Shown here in pieces: positions 44,354 through 51,267 of a stretch of DNA of 51,267 nt. The stretch comes from Candidatus Vogelbacteria bacterium (lineage in GTDB: Bacteria > Patescibacteriota > Minisyncoccia > Phycocordibacterales > JACOZG01): positions 1 through 51,267 of the forward strand of contig JACOZG010000041.1 in the NCBI GenBank assembly GCA_016181465.1, read 5' to 3'. The notes under the pieces were generated by a model, which worked only from the letters and a program-made list of their open reading frames with translations, was not told where the DNA came from and did not search any database. How positions within the stretch are numbered: position 1 is the first letter of the stretch; the number at the start of each line of letters is the position of its first letter. A program made the translations under genes and the position numbers.

Positions 44354-45478
44354 TTATTGATACTCGATAAATTTACTACCTTTGAGAACTTCGAGGATCG
44401 ATGATTTGTTTTCTGGATAATTATTGACAGAAAAATCAATCCACCCAGAAGCTCCTTGATGGTCGGTAATTTTCTTTAATCCCGACTGAATTGATCCGGC
44501 TTCTATTCGATCAGAATATTCGATAGATTTCTTTATCAAATAAACCGCGTCGTAAGCCGTATCCGAATACTGTCCAGGGAAACGTCCGTAGAAATCTTGA
44601 AAATTTCTAGTGAAAGAGAGGTCGGGGTCAGCAAAACGAAAGGTAACGACACCATTTAACATATCGGCGCTCAATTGGCCATTATTGTACATTTCAATAA
44701 CCTTTTGCTCGATGAGCACCTTGGCCGGCAACTTCAGCTCGATTCTTCTTTTTAATAAATTGGTGACATCAGAAAAATTGGACGCTACCAGTATGGCATC
44801 CGGATTAAGCAATTTAACTCTAGTCAGTTCTCCTTGGATATCGTTGTTGTCCGCTTTCGGTAAAACAATTTCTTTTATGAGCAAATTACCAGTTTTTTCC
44901 ACCGCTTGTTTGAAAACTTTTTGATGGGCCAAGCCCCAGGGATTATCTTGGACAATGGTTACTATGCGACCATCGTTAAATTGAGACAGAAATTTTTCCA
45001 CTGCCGGCGCATGAACGGCCACCGGTGAATGAACTGAAAAAATATAATCGTTCGGCTTTTCAATAGTATCCGGTAAAGCAGAAGGGGTGATAAGAACCTT
45101 TTTCTCTTTTTCTATCACCGGCGCGGCGGCATTGATTAAGAAATCCCAAGTGCCACCAATAATGACTTCTGCCTTATCAATAGTGATCAATTTAGTTACC
45201 GAGTTTACTGTTTGAACCGGGTTAGTCTGATCATCTTCGTAAATTATTTTGAGCGGCCTACCCAGCACACCACCAGCATTGTTGATTTCTCTAACGGCCA
45301 AATCAATTCCCATTTTCTCGTTCTCGCCATGCGGCGCCGCCGGGCCGGTCAGCGATAAAACGGCACCAATCTTGATTGGCTCGTTTTCCGCCGGCACGGC
45401 TGGACCCCGCGACCGCCACCAAACGCCGCCAAGAATAACCAAAATAACGACTGCCCAAACGATAATTTTGTTGTTCAT
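44354..45478 (-). CDS. ABC transporter substrate-binding protein (Leu/Ile/Val-binding family)
   Basis: 374 aa. N-terminal TM/signal anchor, IKIGAVLSLTGPAAPHGE, which is the type 1 periplasmic binding fold pattern. Confidence 0.75.
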   Translation of the reverse strand: MNNKIIVWAVVILVILGGVWWRSRGPAVPAENEPIKIGAVLSLTGPAAPHGENEKMGIDLAVREINNAGGVLGRPLKIIYEDDQTNPVQTVNSVTKLITIDKAEVIIGGTWDFLINAAAPVIEKEKKVLITPSALPDTIEKPNDYIFSVHSPVAVHAPAVEKFLSQFNDGRIVTIVQDNPWGLAHQKVFKQAVEKTGNLLIKEIVLPKADNNDIQGELTRVKLLNPDAILVASNFSDVTNLLKRRIELKLPAKVLIEQKVIEMYNNGQLSADMLNGVVTFRFADPDLSFTRNFQDFYGRFPGQYSDTAYDAVYLIKKSIEYSDRIEAGSIQSGLKKITDHQGASGWIDFSVNNYPENKSSILEVLKGSKFIEYQ

Positions 45479-45507
45479 GGCCTTATTCTAACCATCCCTC
45501 TTTATCT

Positions 45508-45765
45508 CTAAAGTTCGCCGTGTGTTCCGATCAGCAGAAAAACAACCCGGTCGTTCTCTTGCCTGAAGATTGCCCGATAATCGCCGGTGACATTGATACT
45601 GCGACAACCGGGAAAAACCCTATCAACCGAGTGATTATTAAGAAGCGGGTGGAACGGCTCGTTGATAAAAAGATTTTTCCGTTCAACAAACCGGACTCGG
45701 ATTTTTTTCGTCAGTTTTTTGAAATTCTTAAGAAACTTCCGGTGAAGCTTTACTTCCATAATCAA
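45508..45765 (-). CDS. relE: RelE/StbE-family type II toxin
   Basis: 85 aa. LNNHSVDRVFPGCRSINVTGDYRAIFRQENDRVVFLLIGTHGEL. Confidence 0.8.
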   Translation of the reverse strand: MIMEVKLHRKFLKNFKKLTKKIRVRFVERKNLFINEPFHPLLNNHSVDRVFPGCRSINVTGDYRAIFRQENDRVVFLLIGTHGEL

Positions 45766-45768
45766 TCG

Positions 45769-46044
45769 TTAAAGTGACAAAAGATAGTTGTCCATTTCTT
45801 CAGTATTCTTGAATGAAATGAGATTCTTGCCCTGCTCAACATCACGCAGAGCGGCCCGGAGCTCCCGCGCGGTTTTGACGTTGAAACGTTCGGCGGGCGC
45901 GATGTCCACGGAGAATCGGCCCTCGGCAAAGGCCTTGGTTGCCAGTTTAAGAACCGAGGCAAAAGGCACGCCCTCGCGCTCGGCGCGCTTCATCGCTCGC
46001 GCCTTAATCTTTGGGTCAATTTTGAAAACAACTTGAGTGGTCAT
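45769..46044 (-). CDS. RelB/DinJ-like RHH antitoxin
   Basis: 91 aa. VVFKIDPKIKARAMKRAEREGVPFASVLKLATKAFAEG. Lies 3 nt upstream of the toxin. Confidence 0.7.
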   Translation of the reverse strand: MTTQVVFKIDPKIKARAMKRAEREGVPFASVLKLATKAFAEGRFSVDIAPAERFNVKTARELRAALRDVEQGKNLISFKNTEEMDNYLLSL

Positions 46045-46057
46045 AATATATATCCTA

Positions 46058-46906
46058 TCACAATTTATACTCCCCGACCAAACCTTGCGGCCGGTGGAGC
46101 ATCAAAACAACTAACAACAAGCCGTAAACCAACTGGCGCATTTGGGCGGCCACTTCGGACGGAAAACCGACAAAGCGCAAAATCTCGGGCAAAAGAACCA
46201 AGCACACGGCGCCCGCGAGTGACCCACGCAAGTTAGCCAAGCCGCCGAGAATAATGATCGCTAAAATAAAAATGGACTCGGACAGATTAAAAGTGGAAGG
46301 ATCGATAAAAGTGATGTAGCTCGCGTAAAGCGCGCCGGCGAGCGCCGCCAAGCCGGCCGCCGTCACAAAAATCAGCAGTTTGTAGTGCGCCGCGCGATAA
46401 CCAAAGACCTGGATGGCTCCCTCGTCATCGCGGATGGCTTTCAACACCCGGCCAAAAGACGAGCGCGTGAGCCAACGGCAGAAAAGATAAGTTAAAAAGC
46501 CAAAGGCCAAGGTCAAAAGTAAGAAAGATAAATTAGAGGCGACCGGCCGCGGAATCCCCGAGATACCCAGCGGGCCGCGCGTCACGGATTGAAGATTGAG
46601 AAACAAACTGAAAACAATTACATTAAAGCCGAATGAAGCCAGCACATAATAGTCGGCGCGGAAGCGGCTCAAGACCAGACCGATCAAGACACTCGCGAGC
46701 ATCGCCAAGAGCAGCGCCGCCGGCCAAGCCAGCCAAAAACTCCAACCCGCTTCCACCATAAGCAGGGCCGCGCCGTAGGCGCCGAGACCGTAAAAAGCGG
46801 CGTGAGTGACGGAAAGCAAACCGGTAAAACCGACGAGCAGATTAAGCGACAAACCGAGGATGCCGTAAATGCCAACGAGAATGCCTAGATGGATTAAGTA
46901 TTCCAT
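46058..46906 (-). CDS. livM: Branched-chain amino acid ABC transporter permease (LivM-type)
   Basis: Polytopic. Start moved to MEYLIHLGIL at 46906, 2 nt after the livH stop. Confidence 0.8.
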   Translation of the reverse strand: MEYLIHLGILVGIYGILGLSLNLLVGFTGLLSVTHAAFYGLGAYGAALLMVEAGWSFWLAWPAALLLAMLASVLIGLVLSRFRADYYVLASFGFNVIVFSLFLNLQSVTRGPLGISGIPRPVASNLSFLLLTLAFGFLTYLFCRWLTRSSFGRVLKAIRDDEGAIQVFGYRAAHYKLLIFVTAAGLAALAGALYASYITFIDPSTFNLSESIFILAIIILGGLANLRGSLAGAVCLVLLPEILRFVGFPSEVAAQMRQLVYGLLLVVLMLHRPQGLVGEYKL

Positions 46907-46908
46907 AA

Positions 46909-47766
46909 TTACCTTCTGACCAATCCTTGCGGTCGGAAAACGAGAAAAACAATAAGGAGCATAAAGGCGATCGCGTCTTTCCACTCGCCCGAGAACTGCC
47001 AGATGCCGAAGTTCTCCACCGCGCCGAGCAGGAAGCCGCCGAACAGAGCGCCGAAAGCGGTGCCAAGGCCGCCGACAATGGCCGCGATCACGGCCTTCAA
47101 GAGCAGGGCCAAACCCATTGTCGGCTCAAGCCCGGTGTCAAAACCGACGAGAATGCCGGCCAAGCCGGCGATGGCCCCGGCGGTCAGAACCACCGCGCTC
47201 GTAATCCGCTCAACCTTCAAACCGGTGATGCGCGCCACCTCGACGTCATCAGCCACGGCCTCGATTGATTTGCCGAGCCGCGTTCGTTTAAGCAGGTGAA
47301 GCGCCACGAACGTAAGGAGCGCCGCGGCCAGAATAACAAGCTGGGTGACGGTGTAGACGCCGCCGGCGATCTCCACCACGGTCGAGAGACTAGCCGAAAG
47401 CGTTTGGAATTGACTGGAAAAAATAATGGCCAGCGCCGCCTGCAAAATCGTCATCACGCCAAGCGCCGCCACGAGCAGAACCAGGTTGGAGGCGCGGCGC
47501 GCCCGGAGCGGCCGGTAAATCGTCAAATTGATCAACCAGGCCAAGAGCGCGCCGGCCAGGACGCCAGCCGGCGCGGCCAGCCAGATACTTAATCCGGCTA
47601 ATTTTGATAAGGCAAAAACCGTGTAACCGCCGGTGGCGGCAATCGCGCCGTAGCTTAAATCAAAAAATTTAACCGTCCGGTAAAGGAAGTTGAAGCCGAG
47701 CGCGAGGAGCGCATACAACGCGCCGGCAATGACGCTGTTCGCGACTAATTGCGGGACAATGTCCAT
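46909..47766 (-). CDS. livH: Branched-chain amino acid ABC transporter permease (LivH-type)
   Basis: 285-aa polytopic protein. MDIVPQLVANSVIAGALYALLALG is a typical LivH start. Confidence 0.85.
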   Translation of the reverse strand: MDIVPQLVANSVIAGALYALLALGFNFLYRTVKFFDLSYGAIAATGGYTVFALSKLAGLSIWLAAPAGVLAGALLAWLINLTIYRPLRARRASNLVLLVAALGVMTILQAALAIIFSSQFQTLSASLSTVVEIAGGVYTVTQLVILAAALLTFVALHLLKRTRLGKSIEAVADDVEVARITGLKVERITSAVVLTAGAIAGLAGILVGFDTGLEPTMGLALLLKAVIAAIVGGLGTAFGALFGGFLLGAVENFGIWQFSGEWKDAIAFMLLIVFLVFRPQGLVRR

Positions 47767-47767
47767 G

Positions 47768-48121
47768 TTACATTTCTCGTGTTTTTATTTTATCTTCAGA
47801 GACCATCGTAAACCGACCTGCGAGTTTCGGTCTTGTTCTCAATAAATTATCGAGTACGATAATCACATTATTCTCTCGTTCATTTTGTAGACGAAGCAAG
47901 ATCACACCGTTTGACTTTTTAGAATGGCGAAACACCAACGCGCCGAAATCCTTATCAAGAGTGATAACGATTCTTTTCTCGCGATTGGCTAAATGTAACA
48001 AAACGACATCGTTAGCACCGCGCAAAGACGCTTCTTCCAAAACCGAACGCACATCATGATGACGGCGTCTCAAATAGTTGACTGTTCTTAAACCGATATT
48101 TTCATCCGCCAAAAACCTCAT
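47768..48121 (-). CDS. DUF5615-family (PIN-like) putative toxin
   Basis: MRFLADENIGLRTVNYLRRRHHDVRSV...IVITLDKDFG. Its stop lies 1 nt before the livH ATG. Confidence 0.7.
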   Translation of the reverse strand: MRFLADENIGLRTVNYLRRRHHDVRSVLEEASLRGANDVVLLHLANREKRIVITLDKDFGALVFRHSKKSNGVILLRLQNERENNVIIVLDNLLRTRPKLAGRFTMVSEDKIKTREM

Positions 48122-48366
48122 GCCATAACCGCGGCGCGGCCAGTCAGGGGTACCACATTCTCGCCGCCGATTACTTCAGTCGCGTAAGCCAAACAAGCCT
48201 GAATCTGGACTTTAGTCAGGTGAGGATAGGTGCGGAGAATTTCTTCTATCGTCGCCCCTTGAGCTAAGAGCCGAAGGACCAACTCTACAGCAATGCGGGT
48301 ACCTTTAATAACCGGTTTACCAACCAGCTTTTTTGGATTGATTTCAATATAGGATCGGTAATTCAT
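48118..48366 (-). CDS. DUF433-family putative antitoxin
   Basis: Start moved to MNYRSYIEINPKKLVGKPVIKGTRIAVELVLRLLAQGATIEEILRTYPHLT at 48366. 4-nt overlap with the DUF5615 gene. Confidence 0.75.
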   Translation of the reverse strand: MNYRSYIEINPKKLVGKPVIKGTRIAVELVLRLLAQGATIEEILRTYPHLTKVQIQACLAYATEVIGGENVVPLTGRAAVMA

Positions 48367-48376
48367 AATCGCCACA

Positions 48377-48439
48377 CTAACATAAATCCCAGACGCCGGC
48401 AATGACGCTGTTCGCGACTAATTGCGGGACAATGCCCAT
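48377..48439 (-). pseudogene. Duplicated livH 5' fragment (20 codons)
   Basis: 48394..48439 matches 47721..47766 at 45 of 46 nt. Encodes MGIVPQLVANSVIAGVWDLC*. Its ATG is 3 nt after the stop of the upstream binding-protein gene. Confidence 0.8.
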
Positions 48440-48442
48440 TGG

Positions 48443-49594
48443 CTATTTCAATTCTTCGGCTTTGCCGTTTTTAACGACTTTGACAATATAATTAGCCCCG
48501 ACTAAATCGCCATTTTGATCAAACCTTATTTCGCTAGAAGAAATACCGCCGCGGTAAACGGTTTGATAGAGTTCATTCTTGATGGCAGAGCCGTTAGGGC
48601 CGACCTTGGTCAACACTTGAGCCAAAATCTTCAAACCGTCATAAGCCGTAGGTGTGCAGACGGCGATTTCATCATTGCCAATCTTGACCCGCATACTCGT
48701 CTTAAAACTCTCCGAGGGGGCGGCTGAAACTACCGAATACATCGCCCCCTCACCGGCACTTACCGTTTCCGTCCAAATTTTGGAATCATCCCAAGCATCG
48801 CCGCCGAAAATTGGAAGATTTAATTTTAATTCTGCGGCCTGCTTCAATCCCGGAATACTAGCTTCGGTGTAGCCGAGGAAATACAGAAGTTCGGGTTTAG
48901 CCGATTTGATCTTGGTTAAATTAGTCCGCAGATCACGCGCGGTTTGCTCGTACCCTTCCTCGGCCAAAACCGCGCCGCCGAGTTTCTTAAATTCTTGCAC
49001 AAACACATCTTTAATGCCCGTACCCCAGTCGGACTTAACGTAAAGCACGGCGACTTTGGATTTTTTCAAACCTTCCTTTATATATTGAGCGGCAAACGCT
49101 CCCTGGAAAGTATCAGACGGATAATCGCGGAAGATGTAATCACCAGCATTGGTAATTGACGGTGCCGATGAACAATAACTCAAAACCGTGGTCTGCGTTT
49201 GCTCGGCCAGACCGGTAAAAGAGGAAGTTTCTCCTGAACACGCCCCGCCGAGGATTACCGGAACTTTATCAATATTGATTAATTTATTAGCTGCATTCGC
49301 CGCTTCGGTGCCAGTGCACTGTCCGTCTTCATAAATCACGGCGAGCGGGCGGCCACCCACACCCCCCGCGGCATTAACTTCGGCTACGGCAATTTCCACC
49401 GCGGCCTTGGCATTCTGACCGATGTTGGCCGCATCGCCAGTAAGCGGACCAATAAACCCAATCTTGATCGGTTCGCTTGTCCCGCCGCCGGCTGGCGCCG
49501 GGGCCTCGGCTGGTTTGCCCGACCAGGAAGTCAAACCCCAAATCACTAAAATCACCACCACTAGACCTGAAATTACTTTCGCTGTTGTATTCAT
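48443..49594 (-). CDS. ABC transporter substrate-binding protein (Leu/Ile/Val-binding family), second copy
   Basis: 383 aa. IKIGFIGPLTGDAANIGQNAKAAVEIAVAEVNAAGGV. Confidence 0.8.
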   Translation of the reverse strand: MNTTAKVISGLVVVILVIWGLTSWSGKPAEAPAPAGGGTSEPIKIGFIGPLTGDAANIGQNAKAAVEIAVAEVNAAGGVGGRPLAVIYEDGQCTGTEAANAANKLINIDKVPVILGGACSGETSSFTGLAEQTQTTVLSYCSSAPSITNAGDYIFRDYPSDTFQGAFAAQYIKEGLKKSKVAVLYVKSDWGTGIKDVFVQEFKKLGGAVLAEEGYEQTARDLRTNLTKIKSAKPELLYFLGYTEASIPGLKQAAELKLNLPIFGGDAWDDSKIWTETVSAGEGAMYSVVSAAPSESFKTSMRVKIGNDEIAVCTPTAYDGLKILAQVLTKVGPNGSAIKNELYQTVYRGGISSSEIRFDQNGDLVGANYIVKVVKNGKAEELK

Positions 49595-49658
49595 GTTTCG
49601 TCTAAAAAATTAACTGATAATAATGAGGACCAAAACTGCCACTAGTATAGCGGGGGGG

Positions 49659-51029
49659 TTAGAAAAGTCTAGAGCCCCAAGCGGCGATGGTGAGGATATA
49701 TTTGGCGAGGAGCCAGGCGCCGGTCGAGGCGGGCCAAGCCAATCCTGCGAGCGCCCCGGGGAGAAAACCGAGCGCCATGGTCAAAAATCCAGCGAGCATC
49801 GCGTAGGGCACCACCGGCAAAACGACCAGATTGACCGGCAAAGCGAGCCAGGGCACTTGGCCGGTCTTGAGAATCAGCCAGGGCAGAACCGCCAATTGCG
49901 CCGCCAGGGTCGTGGCGGCCAGCGCCCGGACACCAAACCGTTCAGTTAGAAAAGTCAATTTCTTCTCCAAGCGCGGCGTCAGATAGATGAGACCGGCGGT
50001 TGCCAGAAACGAGAGCTGGAAACCCAAATCAAAAACAAGCACCTTGGGGTTGACGGCGACCATCAAAACGCCGGCCAAGACGAGCGCCCGGCCGGCGGCG
50101 TACGGCCGGCCGGTCGCGACCGCGAGAAGCGCAATGAGCGCCATCACCGCCGCGCGCACGGTCGCCGGTTCAGCACCAGTCATAATCGTAAATAGAATGA
50201 TGGCCAAACCCGCCAACGGCAGGCCGAGGCGGCGCGGCAAGGGGCGCAAAAGCCGCAAAATTACCGCCGCAATCACCGCCAGATTAAAACCAGACAGGAC
50301 AACGATGTGCGAGAGTCCGACCTGGCGAAACCGTTCGTTCCACTCGCTACCCAGCGACTGCCGGCCGCCAAAGACGAGCCCGCCGAGAAGCGACGATTCT
50401 GGCTCGGGCAAAGCCAGAGCCAATTTCTGAAGGAGCGCCTGCTTGAATCGGAATAAGGCCCTTTTCAAGTTTGAACCGCCCTGGCCGATGAACACCACCT
50501 CTGGTTCGAACAGCTGAAAGTAGATTTCATTGACCGCCAAATAATCCCGGTAATGCACCAGGTTACCGCTAGCGGAAACAAAATCCCGCGCCGGCGTCAA
50601 CTTCCCCGTGATTTCAAGACGATCGCCGTAAGCCCGTTCGGGATAAGACGGCGTAATCAATAAAATTTTAATCGGCCAACTGTCAGGTCGAAAAACGAGC
50701 TGACGGTTTTGATCTCGCGCCGCCGGCTCGGCCGCCACGGTGCCGGTTAACAGTATTCGTTCCTCGCTGGCCGTTGCCTGACGCACCGCGGTCGCGAACG
50801 CGGATTGGTCTTTAAGCTCAAACCGGATCACCCCGAGCGCGGCGGCAAGAAACAAACCGGCCGCCGCCAGCCAGAAACGGCGCCGGCTCGGCTCGACCAA
50901 ACCAGCCTGGCCGAAAGCGGCCAGGGCCAAAAACCCCAGCCAGAGCCAAAAACCGTCGCCGAGATTGACCAACGACCGGACGAGAATGCCGCCGCTAAAC
51001 CCGATCGCCAGCCGCCAAAAGTTATTCAC
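49659..51029 (-). CDS. comEC: ComEC/Rec2 membrane channel part (DUF4131 + competence domain), no MBL domain
   Basis: 456-aa polytopic protein with a soluble insert after the first TM helices. Ends without the beta-lactamase domain. Confidence 0.7.
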   Translation of the reverse strand: MNNFWRLAIGFSGGILVRSLVNLGDGFWLWLGFLALAAFGQAGLVEPSRRRFWLAAAGLFLAAALGVIRFELKDQSAFATAVRQATASEERILLTGTVAAEPAARDQNRQLVFRPDSWPIKILLITPSYPERAYGDRLEITGKLTPARDFVSASGNLVHYRDYLAVNEIYFQLFEPEVVFIGQGGSNLKRALFRFKQALLQKLALALPEPESSLLGGLVFGGRQSLGSEWNERFRQVGLSHIVVLSGFNLAVIAAVILRLLRPLPRRLGLPLAGLAIILFTIMTGAEPATVRAAVMALIALLAVATGRPYAAGRALVLAGVLMVAVNPKVLVFDLGFQLSFLATAGLIYLTPRLEKKLTFLTERFGVRALAATTLAAQLAVLPWLILKTGQVPWLALPVNLVVLPVVPYAMLAGFLTMALGFLPGALAGLAWPASTGAWLLAKYILTIAAWGSRLF

Positions 51030-51067
51030 AGTATTGCGCTTGCCGACAGTGCTTCTATAATAAACTC

Positions 51068-51267
51068 ATGTCCAGTTTACGCGAGGAGTACGACGAACAC
51101 CAATGTTGGGGGATGGTGGTTTCTCTCGATCTCTACGACTGCCATCCCCAAGTGATCAGAACCCCGGAAAAAATCAAATCGCTGATCGACGGTCTTGTCG
51201 CCGAAATCGAAATGACTAAATTCGGCGAGCCGCTTATCCAACGTTTCGCCGAAGGTGCGCTGGAGGG
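51068..51267 (+). CDS. S-adenosylmethionine decarboxylase-related protein (SpeH-like), 3' end outside window
   Basis: Not in the ORF track (open to the window edge). My translation MSSLREEYDEHQCWGMVVSLDLYDCHPQVIRTPEKIKSLIDGLVAEIEMTKFGEP shows the G-x-x-x-x-x-DLY-x-C start typical of pyruvoyl AdoMetDC. Confidence 0.5.
   Translation, partial: MSSLREEYDEHQCWGMVVSLDLYDCHPQVIRTPEKIKSLIDGLVAEIEMTKFGEPLIQRFAEGALE

Noticed and set aside
1-51267. Alternative genetic code (UGA = Gly, as in some CPR lineages)
   Set aside because: TGA ends conserved genes at the expected positions (for example rpsH ...FTIW-TGA at 18516, plus avd and hicA). No conserved protein here needs read-through of an internal TGA. 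The standard code fits.

Overview
This window looks like part of a small, streamlined bacterial genome. It is most likely from a Candidate Phyla Radiation / Patescibacteria (Parcubacteria-like) organism. That placement is an inference from five things: no L30 gene between rpsE and rplO, no L29 between rplP and rpsQ, tightly overlapping genes, a DGR, and many tiny toxin-antitoxin (TA) modules. The genetic code appears standard, with TGA used as a stop.

The minus strand carries almost the whole str-S10-spc ribosomal superoperon: rpsL-rpsG-fusA / tuf-rpsJ-rplC-rplD-rplW-rplB / rpsS-rplV-rpsC-rplP-rpsQ-rplN-rplX-rplE / rpsN-rpsH-rplF-rplR-rpsE-rplO-secY / adk-map-ndk. The GC-rich operon is interrupted at four places by AT-rich accessory DNA: small ORFs, TA modules, and two paralogous PKD-domain surface-protein genes, one of them decayed.

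Other content:
- a partial copA with ndh and a Met/Gly-rich membrane protein
- an AT-rich island carrying a Panacea-type TA pair and a fused type IIG restriction-modification enzyme
- infC-rpmI-rplT
- a beta-CASP MBL nuclease
- an M50 protease
- rpmB
- a split ComEC
- a NUDIX hydrolase
- a Liv-type ABC transporter operon carrying three TA cassettes

Most notable findings:
1. A diversity-generating retroelement at 36.5-38.7 kb. Its TR/VR pair differs at 14 positions, all at template adenines. The RT gene is broken, avd is inverted, and the target protein is non-canonical.
2. A family of about 100-nt AT-rich imperfect palindromes that fill specific intercistronic gaps of the ribosomal operon. 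Two copies share a 41-nt identical core.
3. TA cassettes in the liv operon bounded by duplicated 5' ends of the downstream gene.
4. Unusually short L3 and L22.
5. Small conserved ORFs missed by the 60-aa ORF track.

I found no rRNA, tRNA or CRISPR array.
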